Under the pieces are notes generated by a model. That model saw only the letters and a program-made list of their open reading frames with translations, was not told the origin of the DNA and made no database searches. A stretch of DNA of 63,832 bases, counting the filler, from Phoronis australis (Eukaryota > Animalia > Phoronida), in assembly GCA_002633005.1 (NCBI GenBank). It is 12 parts of 12 records of this genome, joined end to end, with 100 filler letters (N's around TTAATTAATTAA, not from the genome) between each part and the next. Parts side by side here need not be neighbours in the genome. Positions count along the whole stretch, not along the records: positions 11,146 to 14,141 come from NMRA01000001.1; positions 14,242 to 17,618 come from NMRA01003056.1; positions 17,719 to 33,656 come from NMRA01000521.1; 9 more parts are not named here. One strand, given 5' to 3'. Below, in pieces: positions 13,034 through 24,804 of the stretch (within the stretch, counting starts at the first letter, position 1; every line of letters starts with the position of its first letter). A program made the translations under genes and the position numbers.

Positions 13034-14728
13034 AACATTTTAACTCAGTACTACAACTAACTGTGTAACAGCAAAACTTAACTAGTATAACAATAATTAT
13101 GTCAGCAGCAGGGTGGTGTAAAGCATTGTGGGTAAATACCACAGAATCAGAGAGGGCGCTGTGGTAGTAGTATGGGAAGTGGCTATGAGGAAAATACGCT
13201 GATTACTCGATAAACTTTGAAGTGTCAATTTGTAAAATATCATATGAAACGTATCGGTCACAAAATGGCTGACCTTAATGAATATTTGAAAGCAATTATC
13301 CAAATTGAATGAAAATTATCATAAAATTGGCAAAAACTATAAAACTCGACAGTTTGGAATAACCATCTGCATCTATAAGTTAAGGTCAGGCAACTGCACA
13401 CAGACACAAAACACTTGACATCAAGTTTTTCCTTGAAAAAAACCGGGGTTCACAGTAGCACAAAGTGCTTAGTCACATAAAAAGATATTTCTACCATTAG
13501 CTGTCCACCTAAGTATAGTTATGATTTGATCTTGTTACATGGAATATACCCAATATATTAAAATCTTACCAATTTTAGGCAAAAATAACTATCAAATCAT
13601 TCTCTTCCAATTTTAAAAGCTAACATTGTTGTGAATGCCCACAATGTTGCGAATGTTTACAATTTGTTGTCAAAAACATTTATTTAACTGATGGTAGCTA
13701 TGATAAATATGGTACAAGGCTTGAACAAGGTAAGGCATAGTTTAGTGCTACTGGTGCTTAAGAAAAAAAATGGAGAACTTTCCCTGGTAGGCATGGTGTT
13801 TGTCCTAAACTGCTTTCATTCCAAAAAGTCAAAACTGAGTAAAAAGCCATTAAAAAAGCCAAAATATGAACCATTATAACTCTATACTGAAATACGCTGA
13901 ACAGCAAACTTTTTTTGAATAGCAAACTTGGTCGCTACATTAATACAAATTAAAGCAGTTCATATTCTGTAGTTCAATCATCAGCACACTGAATTCAGCC
14001 ACAACAGTCTGACCACGCTGAAGGTCACCTGCAGGTGGCATGACACAACTACCACCAAACCAACAAAATAACCTACTGTGCTATCAACAGGAAGATCTGT
14101 GCTGGGAACATTGAATCACTTAAGCTATGCTGTAATACTGTNNNNNNNNNNNNNNNNNNNNNNNNNNNNNNNNNNNNNNNNNNNNTTAATTAATTAANNN
14201 NNNNNNNNNNNNNNNNNNNNNNNNNNNNNNNNNNNNNNNNNGTGCCCTCTCACGGCAATTTTGTTTTTTATATTTCCCTCTGTATCTTTAGAATTCCTTG
14301 ACACATTTCGTGAAATTCGACAAATGAATTACTATCATGTAGACAATAGCATTTGCCTTATTTCAAATGGATTTGACCTGCGTTGACCCACCTTGTGACC
14401 TTTCTGATGTTCTTCTACGCTTTTTCGCCTGCCTCTCTAACCTCCAAACTGCTTGAAGATCATTATAACAACATACGTCAAAGCTGTAATTCTTTAACAC
14501 CTAAATTAAACTTCACTGAAAAAGAAAGTCGGATAGACAAAAACAAATGGAAAATTTACATCTGTCCCTTTAAGGTTACGTGTAACTCTATTTTACAAGA
14601 ATAGTATTTTTTGAAACACCGGTTATGCATCAAAATATGTGAGCATTTCAAATAAATTTGATTTCATACAAATAGTTGTTGCTTTCTAGTGAAAAACGCC
14701 GCTTTTGGAAAGGGTGTCACCAACACCC

Positions 14729-15020
14729 GTTTGTAACAACAACGATGTATTAAGTTGGACTCTTACAACGTAGGGCAGAACCAAAAGCACAGGAACCACA
14801 CGTTTGTAACAACAACGATGTATTAAGTTAGACTCTTACAACGTAGTGCAGAACCAAAAGCACAGGAACCACACGTTTGTAACAACAACGATGTATTAAA
14901 TTAGACTCTTACAACGTAGGGCAGAACCAAAAGCACAGGAACCACACGTTTGTAACAACAACGATGTATTAAGTTGGACTCTTACAACGTAGGGCAGAAC
15001 CAAAAAAATAGGAACCCCAC
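14729..15020 (+). repeat. Tandem repeat, 4 x 73 bp
   Basis: Unit gtttgtaacaacaacgatgtattaagttggactcttacaacgtagggcagaaccaaaagcacaggaaccacac starts at 14729, 14802, 14875 and 14948. Confidence 0.92.
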
Positions 15021-18000
15021 TTTTGTGTTGTTCTTTATAATTCTATAACAAAAATTCAACATCATTAATTACGCACTGTGGTCAACTGTTCAAATCTTGA
15101 TAAGCCTTCTAAACAGTCTTTTGATGACAAAGACATGTTGGAAGCAAACAAGACATATCAAAATCACATAAAACTAACACTTTGGGAGTTGCCACTCTCA
15201 AAGTTGTGAATTAAGAAAGTTACGATTTTTAAGTTGGGATCATTCTCTTTAAACTTGTTCTCAAATGTTTGACCATTTTGAGTTTGTGCTATAGAGCTAT
15301 TTTTACATATTTTAGAAGAAATAAAGAAAAAATGACTGTTATTACTACTACCCAAACTGTATATGTAACAAACCGAAAGCAAGACTAAGACAGAAATTTT
15401 GTTGCAGTAGATGTCGTTTGAACTTCTTTTTATAACAGAATAAAAATATAATATAATGTAAGTTTTGTGCCAAAAACAAACCCAAAAAGAATTACATTCT
15501 TCTATTCACAAAAACACTGTGAGCACTCTACAGGAATATCATCGGCCTTGCCTGGTGAATATGCTCATCCGCTGTCATGGCAACCTTTTATTGGATTTGC
15601 AAAATTATCCTCTATTATTGGTAATTATAGCAAAGCTTTGATAAAGCCCATCAAAAGCATTTACTTTATTCATTTCATTCTTTTATATGTGTTTTATGTA
15701 GATTTTATATTGCTTAAGAAGCAGTTTATACGTTCATTTGTATTAGTTGCCATGGCAAATGTTTTTGAATTTTCAAAATAGTGGTACTGATTTTGACGTA
15801 CCACACATAAGTATTTGGTTTCAGTTATTGATTTATGCAAATTTATTGGATTAGCTTTGCGCTGTTGTTAAAAAAGACTATCTCCATGTTTGTGTACATG
15901 AGGTATCTTGGAAACCATTTTTGGATTTTCAAAAGTGTCCTTTTGGTTATGGCACATCATAAAACAAACAGTGTTTGTTTTTGCCGTTTAAATTCCAAAC
16001 TGTTTTGTTCGTATGAGCATGTGCAGCTTGCAGTTTTTACACTTTTGTAATTCCAAAATACTTGGTTACCATAGCAATGATGCACGTTCAAGCTTGGCAT
16101 CTCCCCTAAATTTTAGGGACGGTCACTAAAATGATTTGATCATGGCTGCCTGTCTTCAACATGACTCCCAACAAGCCTAAAGCTGATGATATTCAACGTT
16201 AAAATACCCGATTATCATGATAACGATACCTAATTCTGCTTAGCAATACCCCTAACTTTTAGGAAAAGTCATTCCAAGTACTTGTATCGAGGTTACCTGC
16301 TTCTAACATAAATCTGCCATCAAAGCTGAAATTGTTGCTTCTGACTGGTAAAATACCTGGTTACCATGACAACGGTTCACATTTCGGCTTGGACCCACCC
16401 CCCCCCCCNNNNNNNNNNNNNNNNNNNNNNNNNNNNNNNNNNNNNNACTTTGACCATGGCTAACGGTTGACGGCTTCTAACATGACTTTGCCACCACTCT
16501 GGCCGGCTGACTACTGTTAAAAAATACCAAACGTGTATAAAGAATTTAATAGTCTTCGGAAAGATGGTTACAAATTTTTGTCCATCAATGTAATTAAATT
16601 TATGTATTACTCCACCATATTTGATTTGTTATATTCCATTCATTGATTCTGTAATTATGTCATGTAAAAAATTTACAGAGAAAGAAAATTAATAAGTCGT
16701 TCAAATCATAGTCTTACAGCAGTGCCTTTTTGACACCTGTTGTGTTCTCAGTTTACATTTCACTTTAGAGAAGCTTCCATAATTAGAAACATTTTTAAAA
16801 TGGGAAAAATGTATGCCGGGGCTGTGAGTTAACGGCCATTATACACTGAGCAATGTCGAAGCATTTGGAGATGGGGAATTAAGTGGGAAGCGACCTCTCA
16901 TAGAAAGGGACTGAAAGACGTATTTTACATTGTAATGTAACAAGGTTATCTATTTTGTAGAAGTAAAAAAAATTACTTTAAGGGACTATTAATATCAGAT
17001 TGATAACCAGCTACAAAACAACAAAATCCGTTCTATTTTTGAGATTTTATTACAAAATGCCAATTTGCATTTGTCTACCACACAATAACTAAACTCAAAG
17101 CCGGTGAGTGTACTCATTAAGAACACTTAAAATACTTTATCTTATGACACTTATCTCTCCCAGTGGATTGTTAAACTGTGGGATTCTAGTTAAGACTGAT
17201 CACAAAAGAATCACTTTTCCCACCAATAATGTCCCCATTTTCCATGCAACGGATCACTCCGCAGTTTAAAAGGGTACTAAACCCTGTTTTAACTTAAAGC
17301 TATTTACTACGATCAGGTCACTTACATCACACCTGTAATCCTCGCTATCGCTCCAAAGTTCGGAGCAAGTGGCAAAACTGTTAAATTTGCAAGCACGACC
17401 AGCGTATAGTTGAGTCGATTGATGGTCATCTCGAACCGTAGAATCCACTTTGCGACACATCTAGGAAGCGTTTCAATAAAGAAACTACTAACTTTAAAAT
17501 TAATTCATCAAAATTAAATGTATTATATGTTTTCGATGCATTAGCATGTTTCTGAAACCGTGAACCTGCGCTACTTAAATAGCCGGTTTCGTACTTTTAT
17601 AAAACCGTGTACTCTCACNNNNNNNNNNNNNNNNNNNNNNNNNNNNNNNNNNNNNNNNNNNNTTAATTAATTAANNNNNNNNNNNNNNNNNNNNNNNNNN
17701 NNNNNNNNNNNNNNNNNNTTTTTTTGCCAATAGTCGACAGGCACGTAGTTTTATGGCATAATGAGGTGTCATTAAAGGATTACGTACGTGACCAAGCAGC
17801 CCAGGCAGCTGGACTGAATTCAATGGGCTATTGTGTTCGCATTAGCAAACTCCAACCGTCGGACGAAGGCCGTCCGACGGTCAATTTTCAGCTGGAAAGA
17901 GTTCCTCATGTAGGAATTAGTAGGCCTAATACCAGAGATGAGGATGCCGTGACGGCTCGCCGGTTTCCACGTGCCGCTAGGTGGTAGCCAGCATGCAGGT

Positions 18001-19289
18001 AACAGTCAGTAAAACGCGCTTTATCACTGGTTGATGTAACCTCGACAGTCATTGGTTAGCTTTACAACAAAGTGAGAAAATGGCGGACTACGGACGATTT
18101 CTAGCCTTGTCCGTGCAAGTGGCGTACCAGCAACTATTTTGTTTCTGCAGCTAGTAGGCCTAATGTTTAATAGCCGCGTGCTCAGAAGCACATGTGCAAT
18201 AAACACGGCGTCATCTGGTCGATTTTACTAGTGTTTTATTCATACTGTATAAATACAGGACAGTAGGCCTAACGAAAACAAAAGCCAGCGACATTAGAAG
18301 ATGCAATCCGAAAGGCACAACCACGATGTTCTGGGATTCCCATTTCTTGAACATGAATTTTAAGCACCCGATTTGTCTGTACAACAGACCACATTTACAC
18401 TTCCTCCATAAGTCATGTCAGTTTGTTTGTAATAAGTGCTGCTTGTTGAGAAATCGACCAGCCAATCAGAAACGCCGGTGTAAAAAAAATCCCGAGGAAA
18501 ATTAAGTAATCATACCAGGCTTGCTGGCTACCACCCAGCGTCAAGCAGGGAACCAGCGAGACCGTGACGGTTGCTCGCAAAATGTGGTCCAAAACGTTCT
18601 CCTCGTTACTTCTTGCCAAATTTTCAAATCAGGCGTGCTTAAATGAGTCAGAAATATTTAGTCGGAGATTAACTTAATGAAACATTTTATCTAGTCATAT
18701 TTTCCCGTGTTAACGTTATTGCATTTTAAACAATTTGGAGTGGAAATGTTGATGAATTATCAACCACTATACAGTCATCAAATCCATGTCAAGGTCGCAT
18801 CATTTCACAGCGCGACTGAAAAGTTTAGGGCCGCTGCGCCTGAATCTCACCCACCGGAACCACGCACAGGCGGGTCGAAATCAAATGTAGTTAGCAGGCT
18901 ACCCAGTCCCTGCCAGTCTTCACATAGTCAGTGAGCCCCATTCAGTCTTCTTAAATTTAAAACCGTTGGTCGCCGCAGCCCGTACCCGTGCCCCAGATGT
19001 TGCCCCTAAATCAGAATGAGTCGTTAATTAGATTCAAGTATCACGATTGACAGTGATTGGAACCGATCTCAACAATGAAATCAATGTATTAAGAACTAGT
19101 CAACTTTTTGCACACCCTTTTACACGGTTACTAAATGGACACAAATACAATAATTTATTCACGTTTGTTACGACTCATTAGCAGACAATCAGAGTAATGA
19201 ACTGTTAACTCAGTGGTTTGAGGTCTGGACTACTGTTTGACAGAGAACCGAGTAAAAAAAGTAACTGTCGGAATTCTGGTTCTGGAATT

Positions 19290-19399
19290 GTGGACATTCG
19301 AAATAGTGAATTTTCGAAGGTGGCAAACCTTCGGAGTAGTGAAGCTTCGAAGTAGTGAAGCTTCGGAGTAGCGCACCTTCGTAATTGTGGCATCTAACC
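19290..19399 (-). repeat. Subterminal-type short repeats (TTCGGAGTAGTGAAGC-like, ~16 bp), probably a MITE end
   Basis: cttcggagtagtgaag / cttcgaagtagtgaag / cttcggagtagcgcac / cttcgtaattgtggc in tandem. Confidence 0.45.
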
Positions 19400-21174
19400 T
19401 TGGCAGTGTCAGATCTGTTTTCAGTAAGGGGTGGGAGGTAGGATTCCTCTGAATCCGAGGCGCGTAGCGCCGAGCGTAGGGAATGTCGGGAGGGAGTTCC
19501 TCTTCCTGTGTAAGATTTTGTTTGGTTTTTAGTAGCGTGATGTATGCGTGCCGGCTAGGCACGTAGGGCACCAGCGAGAGTTTTCAAAACAAGCTTGATT
19601 ATGTTACTGCTCTATTTATTTCAAAACTTTCTTGTGTTACATTTAACTTGTTTTCTGTTCAACTCAATGAGGCCGCTTAATATAAATGCATTCAACACGA
19701 TTAATGCGTTTTAAAATCCAAAAATGTGTTAAAACTTAGGAAAAAAGGACACAATTTTCCATCACTTGCAACGTCAATTTTCGACAGATGTTGGGGAAGA
19801 ATATTGGTCTGGCGACAGCAACATGGAACAGTACGAAGGCGATGTTTTTCGAAATTTGATTCGTTTTGTTGTATGTCTTTTTCCCTTCTTTTCAGGATTA
19901 CTTGTGGAACCAGGAACAAGTTCTGAACGAGGCAGGGTTTGTGATAACGTTGGTGAATGGTAACACCTATTTAAGGTGTTACAGCTGTCATCGATATTGT
20001 CATCTTCTCTGTTTTCATTCAACCTTCCCTGGTGAAAACTTGAATGAAGAGTATACCTCATGCACAGTACACCCAAAGGCCATTTTAAGGGCCAGAAGAA
20101 CTGCTCACTTGAGAATGTTGAATTATAAACATACAAAGGTTAAACCAGTGAAATCGTTGGAGAGGCGCATTTTTTAATCCGAACAAAATTAATAATTTGC
20201 TAAAACAAAAACGTTATATCTTTGGCATTCACAGGTACTCCGTAGAATTTGTGCACAAATATGCTTTCGCTGTTTTCTCAGTACCAGTATGTGAACTATG
20301 AATCACAAACTGTCCGGTAGCTATGCTGCTATTGACTATTGACTATTGTGCAAGCAGACGATAAAATGAGTCGGCACCGAAGTTTGAATTTTGCAATTAA
20401 TGACCATTAGCATTGCCAAAAGTACTCGCGATACCAACAGTTCTACTATTGGAAGACTTAGAGCAGCGTTTCAATGCCGAATTTTTTTTTCGTTGAACTG
20501 GACAGTAAAGAAGATACGAGAACTTCCCGTCACAATGCACTAACCGGAAACTGCACCAGATAGGAGAGAAGCGCCTCCTCTTGGATAGCGCGGAAGAAAA
20601 TGTAGAAGTTGCGAATATGTTGTCTATAATCTATGCTGGCGTCCAAAACTATACTCTCACAGGTTGCTACATCAAACACTCTGACATTACTCCCCATCCT
20701 GGATTCCCAGTTTAATCCGGATGGAGTCCATCTCTTTCACACAGTCAACATGACGTCTTCTTAATTGGTATAAAAAGTGTCTTAGTTGGCTCAGTTCCTC
20801 GCCGGCGGTCATCGGGTTTATGGTAAACAGTCCAGCAGTACCGTGGGTAAGAATATCGTTAGTTCGCATTAGCGCATATTTATTTACGTACTTATTTACT
20901 ATACTCGCCATGTTCCGCCTGGCCCGCCCCTTACCCACGCCCCCACTTTCTTTCAACCTGTCCGTGGGTTTCGTTACACACCCATGCTACCAGATGAGTA
21001 TCCCGATTTCACTGATCGGTTAGTCAGGGTAAAGCCGTGTCGTCATCAGCTTGACAGCGATAGCAAGGGGAGAAAGTTGGTTAAAAGTTCAGCTTTCTCA
21101 TTGACGATGTCTGCGTTCATCTGAACGGTCACGTTATCTGGCAATCAGATTGTAAACAGCGCGCCTGACGCTAA

Positions 21175-23135
21175 TAGTCGGTGGGCCAGATTTTGTAGGG
21201 CATCTAGAAAATGGTTTTTGTGAATACTTTAGGGGGGCAATTTTATTTTGGTGTTTTTTAATTCATTTATTAGAGTGTTTTCAAAATCTAAAAAGTTCCC
21301 ACATATAAAGTTGCACATTTTTGAGAAATTTGAGTTGGAAGTTACCTAATAATCACCAAAGAGCTTAGTAAACTTATATTTGTAAAAACAACAGTTTTGG
21401 TGACNNNNNNNNNNNNNNNNNNNNNNNNNNNNNNNNNNNNNNNNNNNNNNNNNNNNNNNNNNNNNNNNNNNNNNNNNNNNNNNNNNNNNNNNNNNNNNNN
21501 NNNNNNNNNNNNNNNNNNNNNNNNNNNNNNNNNNNNNNNNNNNNNNNNNNNNNNNNNNNNNNNNNNNNNNNNNNNNNNNNNNNNNNNNNNNNNNNNNNNN
21601 NNNNNNNNNNNNNNNNNNNNNNNNNNNNNNNNNNNNNNNNNNNNNNNNNNNNNNNNNNNNNNNNNNNNNNNNNNNNNNNNNNNNNNNNNNNNNNNNNNNN
21701 NNNNNNNNNNNNNNNNNNNNNNNNNNNNNNNNNNNNNNNNNNNNNNNNNNNNNNNNNNNNNNNNNNNNNNNNNNNNNNNNNNNNNNNNNNNNNNNNNNNN
21801 NNNNNNNNNNNNNNNNNNNNNNNNNNNNNNNNNNNNNNNNNNNNNNNNNNNNNNNNNNNNNNNNNNNNNNNNNNNNNNNNNNNNNNNNNNNNNNNNNNNN
21901 NNNNNNNNNNNNNNNNNNNNNNNNNNNNNNNNNNNNNNNNNNNNNNNNNNNNNNNNNNNNNNNNNNNNNNNNNNNNNNNNNNNNNNNNNNNNNNNNNNNN
22001 NNNNNNNNNNNNNNNNNNNNNNNNNNNNNNNNNNNNNNNNNNNNNNNNNNNNNNNNNNNNNNNNNNNNNNNNNNNNNNNNNNNNNNNNNNNNNNNNNNNN
22101 NNNNNNNNNNNNNNNNNNNNNNNNNNNNNNNNNNNNNNNNNNNNNNNNNNNNNNNNNNNNNNNNNNNNNNNNNNNNNNNNNNNNNNNNNNNNNNNNNNNN
22201 NNNNNNNNNNNNNNNNNNNNNNNNNNNNNNNNNNNNNNNNNNNNNNNNNNNNNNNNNNNNNNNNNNNNNNNNNNNNNNNNNNNNNNNNNNNNNNNNAAGT
22301 TAAAAAACAACTGGTGATAATACTAAAACACACATGGAAAACACCAAGATGTATTTTTAAAAAACACGTACCTGTTTTTGAAAGCTATACTTCTTTCTCT
22401 TTCTTGAAATGTGGCCCATAATGTACTTTTCCTGCTAACAAATGATGCACTCATGTTTCAGAATGTTCCTATCTTTTTCAGGTTAATTGGGTGTTTCAGA
22501 TTTTGGAAGTAATTGATTTTCTTGGGAAATCTTGGATAACATCTGTATCACTTTCAGCAACTTCAGCTTTAGTACTACTGTTGGTGCCTTGAAACGTTGC
22601 TATGGCGTTCTATGTCCTTTCAATTTTTTGGTCTGACACTTGGTCTTCTAGTCTACAGCTCTGTATACTGTGTAGGCTACAAGGACATGCAGCTGTTTTC
22701 TGCACAAACGTTTGTGACACCTCTTCTTCTTTTTGATCTACTGATCTACAGAGTTCCACAGTCAATCAGCTTTCGTCAGGAAGCTTTCCTAAGCTTCTTT
22801 AGACTCTGACATCACAATTTTGTGCTGTTTGATAAACCTTGAATTATACAGGCATAACAGTCCATGGGAGCAGCCATATTGAAGTAACTAAGCACAACAA
22901 TACAATCTGGCTCTCTGATTGGTCAATTCAGTAGAAAATCGCCATCAAGTGGCAGGAATGTGCATCATATTTTGTGCAACAAAAACACCTTTTTTAAAAA
23001 AAATGTGCAAGTGTAGACGTGGGAACTTTTTGGAATTTGATTTATAGGTATATTATCTAGCCACATAGAAAAAACTAGGTTGCCCCCCCAAAGTACTCAC
23101 AAGGATGAACGCTATGAGATCTGGCCCACCGACTG
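21175..23135. mobile_element. Non-autonomous TIR DNA transposon, Academ-like (3-bp TSD, YR...YR termini)
   Basis: TAGTCGGTGGGCCAGAT at 21175 and ATCTGGCCCACCGACTG ending at 23135. TAA is duplicated at 21172-21174 and 23136-23138. Inverted similarity continues internally (gggggcaa/ttgccccc, aaaaagttcccac/gtgggaacttttt). The element spans an N gap. The superfamily is inferred. Confidence 0.75.
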
Positions 23136-24319
23136 TAAGCGATATTTAACAATACTATTACCAATCGACGTTCAACAAAGGTCGTGAAGAAGATCGACGT
23201 GTTCTGTAAGAAATATTATCACCAAAAACTTCGAACGGAGAAAAACGGCTGACTTTCAAAGAAATTAGCTTGTTTTTTAAGTTTAATCGAAAGTGATACT
23301 AAATCAGATAGTGATGTTGAAAATTTCTTGGTGTTAACAGTACGTCCAGGTGGCGGTGGAAAGGCTGCTCGTCGACGAACAACCCTGTCCATGTGGCGAC
23401 AAGCCAGCCGTAATACCACTTCGTTCAAACCTTCCTGGACCAGGCGCACACATAGCGACAGCACTGCTCATTCAGGCTGTCCGCAGAGGGCATATAAACG
23501 TTTCCACAATGCGGTAAGTCTGCTCAATCAGCCTATCGGGAACCTACCAACTCAGCATTGTTATCACCTAGGTGGCTGTTATGTGTCCCATCTCGCACTG
23601 TTCTGCCCATTTGGCAGTTTACGTACCCATCTGATACTTGGTTATATACAACGTTTTGTTCGAGCCCATTTCGTAGACAGACGCCCAATACCCATGCAGG
23701 TGGAATCGTTTCCCATTTTGTACACACTAGTAACAACTTATCCGTCTAATCGTACCCATCTGGTTCATAAACGCGTTATTGCTGTTTTGTGGTATTGTAC
23801 CCATATGGTACGTACCACCACTTCTTCTGTTTAGAGCCGTGACCCACAGATTACCAATACACCTCAAACAAACTCCATCAAAACCATCCTCGTGTTAAGT
23901 TATTTGTCACCATTAAGGGCATGCTTTGAACCAAAACGAACACTGAAGAATGCAGGTGCTTTTATAATAGATAAATGTATATTGTAAAGCGTATTTTTGA
24001 CGAAGTGAAAACGTCTTATTCAGTAGCCAGAATATATGGACTAGTACTGTCGTTTAATATGCATGGGCAGAAATGGCTCGTGGGAAGTTTTGTAGTCACA
24101 ATGACTGGCTAGTAAATACTACATGTACGTGTTGCAAACTTTGCATCTGTTGCATGTACAGCGACAATACCACTATCAAACCTAAACACAAAATTTACAT
24201 CAGGTCATGTTCTGTGATAGAGTCTTATACCTCTATATTTGTTTTACCTCGCAATTTAATATCGTTTCAATAAAGGTTGTTTCATTATAATTTGCTCTAT
24301 GACACAGGGGATCAACATA

Positions 24320-24804
24320 TTATATCATAGCGCTATAATCCGAGGCCGCTTCTGAATTCAATTCCTCCTTTGATTCACCGTTTTCAGTTCCCTCAATTTC
24401 CAGATTTTCCAATACTTTCTGTGATGTGCTTAGGTTTTCCAAAACACCTTTTGATTCAGTTTTAGCTGTTATTGTGTCCTCAGTGGGAATTTCCACATTA
24501 ATTTGTTTTGGTGACGTACTGGTCACACCTTCACATTTTTCTGCAGCCGAACCATTTGAAACCGCGGTTATTGTGTTGCTTTGACCAGCGGTCAGTGATT
24601 GTAAATCTGTTAGACTTTGTTGGTGGATATTCAAGAGAGACTCTGCCACTCTTTTTTCTATTTGGTTATCGACTTCTGCCAGGATATGCTCTTCGTTGTT
24701 TTTCTGCTCTTCCACAGCTATTTTAAGTCGTTCAACTTGATCTTGCAATTCGTGAAGCATTTTCTTCCGCACGCCACTTTTATGCTTTCTGCAGCACATG
24801 AGGT
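24320..24804 (-). CDS. Probable terminal coding exon with a coiled-coil and acidic S/T/E-rich tail (unidentified protein)
   Basis: Acceptor tttctgtcactgtag, then an open frame (x)LMCCRKHKSGVRKKMLHELQDQVERLKIAVEEQKNNEEHILAEVDNQIEKRVAESLL...DYSAMI*. Composition is protein-like only downstream of this acceptor within the 283-aa ORF. Confidence 0.45.

Noticed and set aside
14729-15020. Regular repeats as a CRISPR array
   Set aside because: The whole 73-bp units are near-identical with no unique spacers, there are no cas genes, and the context is eukaryotic.
20687-20956. 89-aa minus-strand ORF
   Set aside because: No recognisable domain or convincing splice sites, so it cannot be supported without a search.
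21342-22333. 300-aa ORFs in the ORF track
   Set aside because: They are translations of an N gap. The same applies to ORFs crossing 51943-52124 and the linkers.
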